Source: Amphiscolops sp. MND2022 (taxonomy: Eukaryota). Taken from it: DNA of 64,000 bases. This document shows positions 1 to 12,791 of this stretch, in pieces. The stretch spans positions 34,844,001 through 34,908,000 of the forward strand of contig OZ076409.1 in the NCBI GenBank assembly GCA_964187785.1, written 5' to 3'. Every line of letters begins with the position of its first letter. The first letter of the stretch is position 1. Below the pieces are notes generated by a model. The model did not search any database, was not told the DNA's origin, and saw nothing but the letters and a program-made list of their open reading frames with translations. The position numbers and the translations under genes were made by a program.

Positions 1-1699
1 AGTGTGAGGTCTGTGGTCTGAAAAAAAGGTCACTGCTGTAAGAGTCGGGCATTTTTCCTTTAAAGGAAAATGCATCGACTAAAAATAAAACTAGCCACGT
101 CATGAAAATAAGAAATAGGAGTCTTGCTTTTTCTTTGAAAATGACAATTAAAAAGATAATATGAAAATTACCGGATGGGAAGAATAAACAACATATTCAA
201 AATAATCTTCGTTGACTAATTCGTTGACAAAATAATCTTCTTTCTTTGATTGAATAATTTAGTTTTTCTTTTTGATTCGCTGTAAGTTCTGTTTGTGCTC
301 ATATCATAACGCATCAATCCTAGTTTCAATTTTTCGTTTCTTCAATCAAATATTAATAATTTATTAGGACAGTTTTTTTCAAGTAGGGATCCTCGTTTTT
401 TTCTGAGTAAATGTATTTTAAGTAATTGATTAAGGCCAGCAATGTAAACCAGGCTCTAAACTGCTCAGCTCGCTAAAAGTCCGCTTCACAAAGGTGAGCA
501 AGTTTCCGAAGGAGGGTTATGCGAAGTAGACGCAACATTTCCAGAAAATGAAGGGATAAACCCCAAAGTTCCCAGTCACGAAAAAATCATTCCAATTGTT
601 TTCAACAACGCGTAATTATCGTAGGTCAGAAAAATCGGAGTTCAAAGTTGAAAAACTAAGAAAATGTCACAGATTTGGGACAGTAATGAAAGAACGTTTC
701 CAGTTGCCAATCTCTGATGGCCATGAGGCTTCTCAAATTTCGCATCAATCGCTTAAAAAATGAACAAGTCTTCCATTGTCATTTGTTTTCATTTGGGACG
801 AACCTTCAACTATTGGATGTTTCACATCTGCTTTTTCCCTTTCACCCTCTTTCTTTTTCTAAACAGGATTACGTTTTGCTCTGATTAATGGTTTTTCGAA
901 CAACTTTTTTGGAGGTTTCATTTCTTTTCTCAACCATTATCTCGTTCATTTTAACTGATGTTTAACTGAGACTCATCAAACCTTTCAAAAAAATCTCCGG
1001 TTCGGAACGTTTCATAACTTTTCTCAAAATTGGGTCCACTTCGAGTTCTAAAAATTGCAATTATCCCTCTTCGCTTCAGATTCAACACCAAAACAGGCTG
1101 CTGTGAAGACTGGTGACAACGTTCTTATGGGAAAACATCGAATATTGTAGAGATACGGCATGTTTCAGAAATAGGAGACCAGCTGATGTCGGGATCATAT
1201 AACAATGCTATGATCAAGCGATATCTTATATCAATCGAAACTCGTCACAGCGCCAATTATCTTGAAACTCTTGCCAAGATCTTGCATATTCTTTCATATT
1301 CTTGTTTACACTTGAAAGCCTTGATAAGATCTTGTTTATTCTTGCCTGCCACAAAACTCTTGAAATTTTTTATAGTAATCTTGGTAAGAGTCTTACCAAG
1401 AGTGTCAAGAAAATGAATTGTAAATCTTGTAAAACAAACAACAATTTTGTTTACAAATTTTTGCTATTGTTCGCACTACCAGCTGCACTATAATTATTTG
1501 AAGTGTTGGACAACACAAAGTATTGAAATTCAGAACATGATAGCTTGGTTGGTAGCGCAAACAGCCGTGGTAGAATAGGTTCAAGCCGAAGTTGGCGTGG
1601 GTTTTTGTTTGTTTTCATCCACTTTTGTTAGCTTTTCTCTTGAAACTCCTGGCAAGATCTGGCAAAATCGTACATATTCTTATCAACAATTTCAAGACT

Positions 1700-2071
1700 T
1701 TTCTCACTGGAATATCAGAAAATTAAAATCTATATTTTAAATTTATATCTAAGACAATTTCCAAATAATTCATTAGATAGATAATCACACAAAATTCGAC
1801 TTACAACTAATTGATAAGTAATTAATAGAAATTATGGAATAGTAACAAGAGTTCACGGTAAATATCAGTGTAACTTTCTAATTTTCTAATTTCTAATTGC
1901 AGTTAACTATGTTTGTTAATAATTTGTTCCGGAAGTAAAATTTAGGTATCTGTAACCTATTGGCAAACTTGATATGAATTGTCGCTTGATATGAGTTGTT
2001 GCTTTTTCAACTTGATATGAGTTGTTCCCTGATATGAGTTGTCGCTTGATATGAGTTGTCGCTTTGTCGTG
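1700..2071 (-). repeat. Partial copy of a foldback/MITE-like element with 17-bp subrepeats (GATATGAGTTGTCGCTT)
   Basis: About 5 tandem GATATGAGTTGTCGCTT-like units at 1970-2063. 1700-2071 is the reverse complement of the left arm and interior of the element at 38446-38962 (shared AATTTAGGTATCTGTAACCTAT / ATAGGTTACAAATACCTAAATT). Confidence 0.7.
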
Positions 2072-3348
2072 CCTCTTGTTTCGTCTGAAAAGTGGAGCAG
2101 AGTATCAAGGTCAAATTTTCTGACAAAGTACTCAGGAAGACGTCATCAACCAGTTTTGATTTCTGAATTTACATGAATATTTTTGAGTTTTAACTTGAAT
2201 TATTTGTTCTCAAAAATCCTGTTTGAAAAGTTTTCTGGAACTTTTCGCTTCTAAACCATTTTGTTCTCGAGAAGCAACTCCGTTGCGTTTACACATGTTA
2301 AAAAATTTGGCAACTTCAGTTGCATTTGCTTTCAATGAGGCATGATGTCCGGAATTTTGTAAGTACAGCCCTGAAATACCACAGTTTCAACTTTTTCACA
2401 ATTGTTGTCGGCCAGATCAAAGCAGCATCTTAGGGGTTATCTGGGAGCTTCTTGTAGAGGTTTCAAAGGAGACGTGCGTTTGCGATGCCACCATTATTAT
2501 TATAAAAGGCAAAACCAGCGATACTAACAGCGAACTTCGTTCTACTACGGATTAGGGAAATCTTAGCATTTAAACTTCGTAATTTTGGGTCACTGGAACG
2601 AATACTTTTCATATAACCATACAAACTTTCAAAATTTTCTCGAAACAAGCTCAAAATTACATGAAAAAGTCATCGGATAACTTTCGGAAATGAATTTTCC
2701 CCTGACATTTTCAGTAAACTCTTGTTTAACCCTATATAGTTGAGAACCTTTTCTTGATTGTTTTTCTCTCATTTTCGAGCTTGTCGCAGTGGCAGGGATA
2801 AACAAATCAGAGAATTTGAGAGATTCCAGCTGAAAACTGATAATAAATGTGAACAATTTCTGTGATATATGACTACTGTTACATATATTTGCCCATTCTG
2901 GTGGTATTAAAAAACTGACCGTTAAATGACTTGAAAAATGAGGAGGCTTTCACGCACTCAAATATCTCATTTTCAGCGTCTTTTTGTGTTCTTTTGTTCT
3001 CAGTTGAACGTCAACAACCTCCTTCAAACAATTTGCCACTCTTTTTCCACTCCATTTCCCATTGCCTCTTTTCGTGCCCCATTTGTATGAGCCCAGCCAT
3101 CCTTATTATTCTATGGAAAAGGTAAACTCTTTATATGATCTGTTAGCAATACCTTTTCCTCTAATTCACCGTCATCTTGGTATTCTCAATAATCAGCATG
3201 CTTACCAGCAGGTCGCACTTGGCGTGAACAACATTGTTTTTTCTTACTTTATTTTCTTGTTAATTCTCTTCTTTTTCGTTCTCTTCTCTGTAGTGGTGCT
3301 TATCGGTGCTTATTCGTGAAAGCAGTAAAACAGAGAAAAGAACAATAA

Positions 3349-3588
3349 ATGTGCTTGTTGCTCTTTTGGGATCCGATCAATTGTAGTTGCGACAAGTGTA
3401 TAGGTAAGTAAACAGGCGGGTAGACGGTGTAGACGGCAGCTTGTCTCTGCCAGGGGTGGGGTCGACCGGGACTACGGTTGAATGCTAATAAGTAACTCTA
3501 TCGATTTCCAGTCCTCTCAATTGTGACTGAACAACATCACAAGTCAAAGAATTATTCAAACATGTTCTCTGCATTTCGAATGTTTTAA
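3349..3588 (+). other. Putative spliced mini-ORF or exon pair (43 aa) around a canonical-looking 108-bp intron
   Basis: Donor G|GTAAGT at 3403/3404, branch-like CTAAT near 3485, acceptor TTTCCAG ending at 3511. The spliced frame reads MCLLLFWDPINCSCDKCIVLSIVTEQHHKSKNYSNMFSAFRMF*. No expression evidence. Confidence 0.25.
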
Positions 3589-6412
3589 AATTTCGCAACC
3601 CACTCAATAATAACCAAAATTATTGTTTTTGAAAATATGGTTCAGTATTTTCTCAACTTCATAGACTGAGTTTCAAGTTCAAAGTCAATTTTTGTTGGTT
3701 TTTAGCTGGGTTTTTCGTTTTCAAACAAAAAATTTTCAATATACAATTATATTCGTTTTTATAGTTCAAGTATTTCTATCTTTTTCACATCAGCATGTAA
3801 GACTGTGTTGGTTCTTTTGTTCGAATTAGTCACTATCGCAAAGTAAGACAATCTCATTTTGCACGGTAGCTATGAATATTTTGTGTATCTCAAAGAACGT
3901 ATGGCGTTTCAATGTTTTCAACTCTGGCCGGTACTTTAAACAGGACTATAAATGCATCTAAAGCCTCTCCGCTTGTCAGTCAAAAAACTAGCGCTTCCAA
4001 TTGGGTTTGATCTTGAGTGTGACTTAGGCTGGAGCACATTTCTTCACATGAGAATAATCACACATGAAAAAACCTTGAAACTCAAGTATGTTACTAATCT
4101 ACCTCATTTCGGTAGAATATGCTATCTCAGATAATTGGCAAGTAGAGGTTAAACACAAATCTCATTGTGGGTTTACACACAAATGCTTCATCATCGCAAA
4201 CAGCATCTGAAATTGAACTCAATACTGCAATTATTACTTGTAACTTTGATCTACTAAACCAGAAATCGTTTGAGTTAACACTTATGGATGATTTTTAATG
4301 GCTTTTAAATTTTTTCTTAATATCATCTAGCTTGCAAATCAAATGCAATGTACCAGTGGTTACCGATGCCCCATCGATTCAACTGACATTATCTGAAACC
4401 TGAGTCTTCCAAACAATTGGTACCTTCTGGACCCCTGCGAGCCCTGCCAAATTTACAAGTTTCAATAACCACATAACTTCTAAAAACGGGTAAGCTTCAC
4501 TTAGTTTTGGAACAATCAATTCATAAAAAACACTCAATTACATTTCTCGTCCAATAACATTTCGAGAAAAAAACGCGAAACTTTTATAGAAACTATATCG
4601 TACTTTTGTTTAAGATAAAACATGTTGATCAAAATTAGTTTTTTCAAGTTTTTGAAAGTGCTTTCAATGAGCTTATACATAAATAACGAATCAGAACGGC
4701 CCAAGTCGGCGCCTCAAAAGCATAAAGTCATCACATATTGGTTTAGGAACTTTTTCGAGAAATTTCAAAGTAGACGCAAGAAATAGAAAGCTGAGAGACT
4801 TTGGGCTCTTATGGCTTTCATATTGTTGCCAAAATACAAAAAAGGGACCCGTTTGCAAATAAGAAATCCCACAATGTCGAATATTTCAAATGGGGACTAT
4901 ATAACATCTTCTTGTTAAAAGAAAAGCAAAAATACTCATGTAACGCTTCAAGTTGGTTTGTGAATTTTCTACGTGACGGTAAATGACGTAATAAAAAGGT
5001 GAACAGATGGAAGAAGTGGACATTAAATAATAATCGCTGATATTATTTGCTTTTTTCTTTGGAAAGATTATTTGCTTTTTTCCTCGAAAACAGTACTAAG
5101 CAGCCGGTCGTGAGATCACTCGCCTAAACTCTTTTCACTGGGGAAAACTTTTGTCGTTTTGTTCTTTGTCGACAATGGAAGAAATTTATTTTAACTTACT
5201 GTTTTATTTCTTTAAAATTTATTAGTTGGCGTTTTCGATAGATGCCAATTGAAAGAAAAGTTTTCCGAGTCTTAAGATCACTTGTTTGGTTATTTTTGGT
5301 CCTGTGCGACTTATGAGGTCTTTCTTATTATTTCGATTATTGTGGAAAATACCTACAGTTATTTCAAGAACTGTGCAATGTTCCTGGGAAAACACTTCAC
5401 CTTCACCTCAACATTCCGAACTTGTTTTCTCCACCCTCACTGTAGCCGCCACATTATAAAAGTATTTATAAATGAGTTATTTTATATTGTCGCAGATGTA
5501 AAGCCAGATGGCCTAATGGTTAGAGCGTTAGGAAATTCGAAACCTGCACAGGTCCACTTTTTTGTTTTTATATCAAACTACAGAAATATTTTTTTTGCAT
5601 ATAACATATTTAAAGGCACATTCCGGCTATACCATTGAAAAACGTTCTTATTTTTGTTTCGCTGAAATTGGGGTTTAGAATCTAGGCAATACCAAGGTGC
5701 TTATTTAAATTGAATACTAAAAGCTTTACTCGCTTCGGGAATAGCGAGTACATAGTTTTCAACTTGAAAAAAAATTTGAAATCGGATATAACCTTGAAAA
5801 CTCGGATTCCTCAACTGCGCGTTTAGTAAAAAGTGCAAGATTTCTATAGTGGCAAATTTTTTGTCCCCTGAAAAGTCCATTTTTATTTTTTTTACCTTTC
5901 AACTAAAAACGCCCGGAGACCACTAGGTGTAGTGGATGAATGCGTAGCTGTAAGGCAAGGCTGCGTGTTTCCGAATCCCAGATGGACATTGTTTTTATAA
6001 TTTTCGCAAATATGAACGATACCAATTATGCTCCACTTTTAGCACTGTATAAAGTTTCACGATAGTTGTTACTTGAATATTTCAAACACCAATTCTTCTT
6101 GAACCTCGAGCCGTTCCCGACCTATAATAACATTTACCTGATTCAATATGAACGTTCAATGCTAGCGCGGTTTTTTGTATTCAAGTGTATACATTACTGT
6201 TTGCATTTTGTTTGCAGTGAAAAAGTTGTTTCAGCTGTGCTTACTCATGACAGATCACAAAGGGAAATTTCCGGAAAATAACGCAATGTTCGGCTTATGA
6301 CTGCTCGATGTAGCGTTGTGATGGAGTTGAACAGTTCGAGAAAACTAATTTTGAACTTTTGTTCATTTGATAAGTATAGTACATAATCTGTTGAAACATG
6401 TTCAAGAGATAC

Positions 6413-6775
6413 TCAATGTCCTAACTGGGTTGTTGAGATACTTCTTGTGGGTCTTCTATTTCTTGGACGTTTCCCTCTAATGAAACTTCTCGAGTTCATT
6501 CCCGAATTTGAACTACAAAGTCCTAGATTGGAACCGGTTAGTATGTCGACTTTAGAGGACAGATTCTCATTTAATCGAAGGATTTCTCGTTGTCCTAATT
6601 CACCGTCCTTCAGTCTTTTTGAGACTTTGATTTCGATCGTATCAGTGATTTCCTCGAAGTGTCTTTCAGACAAGCTGGATGTTTCTCCAGTCTGGTGGTC
6701 ACTAAGATCAGTCTCTTGACTAGTCTCCAATGAGCAGCCTCTCCTTAGTCTCTTTTTGTTAGTTTTGTCTGGCAT
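6413..6775 (-). pseudogene. Orphan 120-aa ORF, probably the N-terminal gag-like fragment of a retroelement
   Basis: Intronless ORF with a basic N-terminus, a Ser/Glu-rich tract and a heptad-like segment (EILRLNENLSSKVDIL), in a TE-dense context. No catalytic motif; the assignment is inference. Confidence 0.3.
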
Positions 6776-6909
6776 TTTGTCTTGGGAAAAACACTGGTGG
6801 CAGAGTAATAACTAAATTTAAGATTGTTTTCTCCTGAATCACACGATGGATCCGGACTGGCTGCCTAAAGGTTCTTTAGGATTTTAACGCAGCGAAATCA
6901 GGAAATATT

Positions 6910-7661
6910 TGTAACGTCCGGCAGTCGGCGTTGCAGAAGTTTTTGAAAATTTCGATCAAAAATTCGAAATGTGCGACATCAAACAAGCACATTCAAGATG
7001 GCCGACCCGGCAGGTACGAAAACCGTAGAGGAAGCAAAATAAAGGCAAAACACCACCAGAAGATCCCACCCACCACCAAGGAACGAGAATGTCCGATATG
7101 TCATCACCCAGAAGGCGTGAGAATCAGGAATTCGGCCATCTGACAGTAAAAAGACAGGGTTTTGGCAGAAAAGTGCCAAATGAGACCATTGTGCCCCGAA
7201 GATGAGGAATGATGCCAGAGGCAGGAAGCCGATGATCGCCACCGAACTGTAACTGCATACTTTATTGGGGCCTATCCCCACCTACTTTGACTGTTTATAG
7301 CGTATTTGGATAATGTTTGACCTACTAGGGCCTCATTTTAGTCCTTATTCACCAATATAATGTATTTCAGCTAGACACCTTTTTGGACCTCGGAAGTATG
7401 TAGGAGATAGCAGGAACGCGCTAAAAACCTTAGGATTTGTTTTTACAGGCTTGTGGGGCGTGTCCGGACTTTGAGAGTGCCGGCACGTCGCCTCGGAGCT
7501 CTAACTAGAGGAGCCTCCTTAGACGTTAGAAAAGTCCCCCATGGAGACCATTTTGGGATCAAAAACTAGTGTTTAGGAGTGTAGTAAGACAACGGTCTCC
7601 TGTTTAAGCACCCTAGGCATTGTCCCTCTTCCTAGATGTGCGCCGCTAGCCGGACGTTACA
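6910..7661 (+). repeat. 5' LTR (752 bp)
   Basis: Starts TGTAACGTCCGGC and ends GCCGGACGTTACA (13-bp perfect terminal inverted repeat, about 21 bp imperfect). About 3 substitutions relative to 10942-11693. Confidence 0.92.
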
Positions 7662-7677
7662 TCTGGAATAGTTTTTA

Positions 7678-7694
7678 TGGCGACCACAGAGGGA
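7678..7694 (+). promoter_or_regulatory. Primer-binding site, tRNA-Arg(TCG)-like
   Basis: TGGCGACCACAGAGGGA resembles the complement of a eukaryotic tRNA-Arg(TCG) 3' end (TGGCGACCACGAAGGGA, recalled from memory). It lies 16 nt downstream of the LTR. Confidence 0.6.
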
Positions 7695-10600
7695 TATTTT
7701 TCCTTACCGCGTCCTGCGAGGAGCAACTCCTGCTTTCCGGCCCTGAAAGGTCCGGATCTAGGAGAAGCTTTTGGGAGAGTCCTAGATTGTTTTTACTACT
7801 TTATTCTAGCCCTTTGGGCCTTGTATTAGTGTTTTTCCTGTGTTTCCTGCATGTTTCCGAGGTCCCACGTCTGAAAAAGACAGTTTGAAACGGTGTACCC
7901 CCTTGTACCTTATCTGTACTTGTTAAAAAAGCTATTCCGGCTTATCCGGAACGTGTTTTAACGGGTTTTCCAGCTTCTTTTCAGCTAATTGGCAATGTAC
8001 AGGGACTGCGAGGACGGTTTGTGAAGACCCAAGCCAGCTGAGTGCAGGACTGCAGGTGCTTCACCTCATAGCCTCTTCCTCCCCACCTGGTGCCGATTCA
8101 CCGAAGATAGCTGGGTTATTTCGTTCCCTTTACGTTTTCTAGCCCAAAATTAGTATTCCCAGGCCTGTTTTTGCATAAATTAACTGTGAAAAATACCCAC
8201 AGGGTATTTGCATCAATTATTTTAGGGACTTGAGCTCGAAAATGCCAAAAATAACACTAATAACAGCTCAAATATCGAATTTTCCCATTTTGAAAGCCAG
8301 AATTTTATAGAACTGTGTACGGCCTGTGGGAATACCTGAAAAACGTTCTGTCGGACCTACCAGGTCGAGAACAGAATTTTTTGTTGGGCTGTTTTTCAAA
8401 AAAACATGAAAAATTCAGCAACTTTAGTTTAAAAATCGTCAAAATTGGCCATTTTAACCAATTTTGGTAAGGGCGAAGCATTGGGTGTTTGTTCCCAAGC
8501 CTCTTGAAAGGCCCAAAAATTTTGTAGTTGAGCTTGGTAGTATGCAATACTACTACCAAGACGGTTTTTGACTGCCCCCAATATAAATTGAAGTTTTAAC
8601 ATTACTTTTCTTTCATTAAAATAGACCTGAGCACAGGACCCCATAGACCTGAGAGCTATAACATCAAAAGTAATAATTGAAAGAACCCCACTCCCCTGAA
8701 TAAAGTAGTTACACCTTCCTACTATACTGTTAAAACCATCTCGAACCTCTGGGAACCGAAGAATAAAAAGTTCCTAGGGAAAATACGTGTTTTTCATAGG
8801 TGTTCCCAGAGTGTCCAAGGTGTAACCTAAAATCAATTTTGAGAAACCTTATTTGGAACCTGCCAGGTTTCACTCGCCTATTTTCTGTTAGTAGAGAGTA
8901 CTAGATTACTAACGCCGAAAACCGCGAGTGATTCCAACCAGTGGTTGTAGAGAAATAGCCCAAAACGTGCTATTTTTGCGACATTATCGGAACATTGAAA
9001 TAGTGTTTCGAAGAAAGGTCGAAATCTCTCCTAGCAAGAGTAGCCCAAAACGGAATACACCATCGTGTAGACCGCAAAAAGTTACGTTAGTGGTGTAATT
9101 TTCGTAGCGCCACTGTTACTAGTGATCGAGAAATCTTAGCCGCAGTTTTGCTCAAAAATGATCCGAAAATGTCGAAAAAATTGAATTTTAGTTGAGCATA
9201 GTGCATAGTCAAATTTTCAGTGAACATTGTCAAATGACCGCGACACCCACAGGGTCAATTTTAGCGCAATCGGAGGTTTGTTCCCCACGATTCAGCCAGT
9301 GTATTAGATGGTGTGAAATTTTCAGGTCGCTAGCAGCGCTAGAAGTGATTTTCACCTTCCCCGGATTTGCATCTTGACGAAAAAATTGTTGATTTTGGGC
9401 ATTTTTGCAAAAAACCACATAGATTTTCTCAGTGTACATGCCAGTGAGGGCCAAGACGACCCAATTAGCATACCGAGCGCCCTCAGGACGTCTTCTTGAA
9501 TCACTTTGAATAGTGCTAAGCTGACCCTAAGATCTCGGGTCTCTGAGAAAACCGATCTATGAGACATGGAGGTGAAAAACCGAAAATGGAAATTCGCCTC
9601 CCGGCTGCTATCAAAGTCACTTGAGTGCAATCTGTTCATTGAGATTACGCATACTCAGTGCCCCATGGGCCCTACGGGTGCTGGAGCGCGTTTATAGGCA
9701 CTTTTAGAAGTTTAGACTTTGTACGCAGTGCGTCTCAAAACAGGACAACATGTGCAGTAGCGACTACCATAGTCGAAAAAGAACGCTTTTTCTGATCGTG
9801 CTACGATCGTAAGGCAAGAAAGCACTTCAAACTCAGTGTCCATTGTCCTACTCACCCCAAGGTCTACCGGTAGTCTCTAATCACATTTTTGTTACTACTT
9901 GTGCCCTCCAGAAGCAGGGCAGCATGTGTGCCAAACGGACATTTCAGACAATCTAACATCTGTAGCCAAGCAGACTTCTCAAAAAATCAGTGTTCGCTGC
10001 TCAATTCATGCCTATGGCGTACTTTGGTGCTCGGTACCACAGTTGCGTGAACCATGTCGATGTGAAAACACCGGACCAGAGATTGGCCCGGGGAGTACCC
10101 GTACTCACCCGAGAGAAGTCAACACCAAGCATGATGAAACACCTAGAGCTTCGAAGCTCTGAGAACTGCTTGGCCAGCGGCCGTGCTTTTAGAACCCGAA
10201 TGATTGTTCTGGAACTTGTTTTTAATGCTGAAGACTGTTTTCATGATCTATCATGCCTGATTTTTGACTTTTATTGGTTCTGCTCTATCATCGTTAGTGA
10301 CATTGTCCCCTCTTGAGAAGTAGTTTGTTTCCATCTCTTGCATATACACTGGTGCTTGTACTGCCTAGACAATAGCTTTAACTGAGCGTACACTGTTGAC
10401 ACAATAGGTTGAATAGTTCCTCATTTTTGGTGATATTTTTGATTTTTTGAGGCCTATTTCACCATTAGTGCTAGTTATTGTGCAGTTTCTGTTGGCCAAG
10501 ACCACAGCTGTTACTTTTATTTTTCGCTTTTCAAGTGCTATCGTGCATTTTATAAAACCTAACCTATCAGGCGGACCCCAGGTCAGTGCCAAACCTATTG

Positions 10601-10933
10601 TGATGAGTGCTTTTTATGCAAATGCAATAAGGTGCTAAAAATTTTGAAATTTTGGTGCGAAATTAAAAGTTTGAATTTGTTTTGAATATAAGGCTAAATG
10701 TCTAAAGTTGCTAATATTTTTCCAGTGCAAGAACCCGTTGTTGGTGTAGAATCCAAGGAAACCTGCTAGGCTGGCAAAAACTCATGTTTTTGGGCAATAA
10801 CGTGTTTTTGGGCAACGACTTCCATTTAGATTCCTGAAGTACCATGTTACAACAGTATCACTGGATCACTGGATGGTGGCAACCAAGATGTGAACGTTCT
10901 CTCTCGTTTGTCGAGGACGACAAACTACGGCCC

Positions 10934-10941
10934 GGGGAGGA
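10934..10941 (+). promoter_or_regulatory. Polypurine tract
   Basis: GGGGAGGA immediately 5' of the TG of the 3' LTR. Confidence 0.7.
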
Positions 10942-11693
10942 TGTAACGTCCGGCAGTCGGCGTTGCAGAAGTTTTTGAAAATTTCGATCAAAAATTCGAA
11001 ATGTGCGACATCAAACAAGCACATTCAAGATGGCCGACCCGGCAGGTACGAAAACCGTAGAGGAAGCAAAATAAAGGCAAAACACCACCAGAAGATCCCA
11101 CCCACCACCCAGGAACGAGAATGTCCGAGATGTCATCACCCAGAAGGCGTGAGAATCAGGAATTCGGCCATCTGACAGTAAAAAGACAGGGTTTTGGCAG
11201 AAAAGTGCCAAATGAGACCATTGTGCCCCGAAGATGAGGAATGATGCCAGAGGCAGGAAGCCGATGATCGCCACCGAACTGTAACTGCATACTTTATTGG
11301 GGCCTATCCCCACCTACTTTGACTGTTTATAGCGTATTTGGATAATGTTTGACCTACTAGGGCCTCATTTTAGTCCTTATTCACCAATATAATGTATTTC
11401 AGCTAGACACCTTTTTGGACCTCGGAAGTATGTAGGAGATAGCAGGAACGCGCTAAAAACCTTAGGATTTGTTTTTACAAGCTTGTGGGGCGTGTCCGGA
11501 CTTTGAGAGTGCCGGCACGTCGCCTCGGAGCTCTAACTAGAGGAGCCTCCTTAGACGTTAGAAAAGTCCCCCATGGAGACCATTTTGGGATCAAAAACTA
11601 GTGTTTAGGAGTGTAGTAAGACAACGGTCTCCTGTTTAAGCACCCTAGGCATTGTCCCTCTTCCTAGATGTGCGCCGCTAGCCGGACGTTACA
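10942..11693 (+). repeat. 3' LTR (752 bp)
   Basis: Direct repeat of 6910-7661 at an offset of 4032 bp, with the same TGTAACGTCCGGC...GCCGGACGTTACA termini. Confidence 0.92.
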
Positions 11694-12241
11694 ATTATTT
11701 AAAAACGGAAATGAATTTAGAGAATTGATTAATCAGAAGGTACAAAGGTGGATATCAGGAGCAATTGAGATTCACAGTTTAATCAGAATTCGAGGTTAAT
11801 ATGAAAAGATGAGAACTGCACATATTAAACGAACTGCAAAATTGGTCTTCCCTAGTTTCACAAGGAATAAATTAGCGTTAGAAACAGCAATCAAGATTAA
11901 AAGAGTGAAATAGCGCCTATTAGCGCATATATACAGTTAACACCATCAATTTTTTTATAAAATTTTTAACGTTTTCATTGATTAGAACTCTGAAACTGTT
12001 CAAACACAAATGAATGCGTTGTCCAGGAAGCTTTTAGATAGGATGAGTGCCGGTTTCGGATAAAAATGAGCTTTATTATGACACAAAGTATGTCCAAAAT
12101 CCAAAACTTTCCAGTGTATGTAGCTTCTTCATGTTATTTTAGGGCAACTTTTGTGAGTTTTTACAACTTAGAAGGTTCAAATCAATCAAAGGCTACAGAT
12201 TAAGGTTTGTAGTTTTCAGTTTTGATGAGAAGATTACAGTT

Positions 12242-12791
12242 GTCACGAATGACTCAATGGACTTCATGAATGGATTCATCAAAGAAATTTGCAAAATCAA
12301 TCAACTTCATGATGACTTTATCATTCACGACATATTCAGACTTTTGTTTCTACTTTGAATTGACTGGTCAAACATTCCCTGCTCTCATTGATATATAGAC
12401 ATTATTATGTAGACTAATTGTAACAAACTATGATGAAAGAATGTTGACTTTACTGAATTAAGGCAAGAGATTTATAGTTAAATGCGCTTATTTCTAGCAA
12501 CAGTGTTATACATCACAAGTACTTCAAAACGACACAAGTTAGAGTCGCAGAGTCGACTTGAACTTCTGAAGGTTTTTTGTGCAAAGTCTGTGAACGTTTC
12601 GAAACATTTCGAAGGTTAGAATAATAAAATGGTTCAACAACAAATGCAGTTGGTATCCAGTTGGATTTTGGAGGAGGTATTTGATGATTTTTATATGAAA
12701 ACGGTCTCAATCGGAACCGAAATGTGTATAAATATCGAAAGTTTCCTTTTTTGACAGTTTTAGTGATTGTTTGTGAAGCTTTCTATGAACT
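12242..12791. repeat. Diverged ~550-bp direct repeat, copy 1 (candidate old LTR)
   Basis: Colinear with 15386-15923 from GTCAC.AATGACT.AATGG to GTGATTGTTTGTGAAGCTTTCTATGAACT; roughly 80-85% identical by eye. Confidence 0.75.

Larger units (their letters stand above)
6910..11693 (+). mobile_element. Young non-autonomous LTR retroelement (LARD-like): LTR-PBS-3.28 kb non-coding interior-PPT-LTR
   Basis: Two 752-bp direct repeats with TG...CA ends, a PBS-like TGGCGACCACAGAGGGA after the first, a purine tract GGGGAGGA abutting the second, and no gag/pol ORF in the interior. Confidence 0.9.

Noticed and set aside
2463-2856. Two overlapping minus-strand ORFs that look like a frameshifted coding relic
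   Set aside because: No motif I can assign to any family.
5503-5545. tRNA-like A box (GATGGCCTAATGGTTAGAGCG) with a TTCGAAACC B-like box
   Set aside because: The spacing is too short for a cloverleaf and there is no anticodon arm; at most a SINE relic. The same applies to 5925-5990 and 47975-48010.
6979-7281. 100-aa hydrophobic antisense ORF, duplicated at 11011-11313
   Set aside because: It lies wholly within the LTRs, so the duplication just reflects LTR identity; no recognisable motif.
6904-11699. Target-site duplication of the young LTR element
   Set aside because: The flanks AATATT and ATTATT give no exact 4-6-bp match, so no TSD is claimed.
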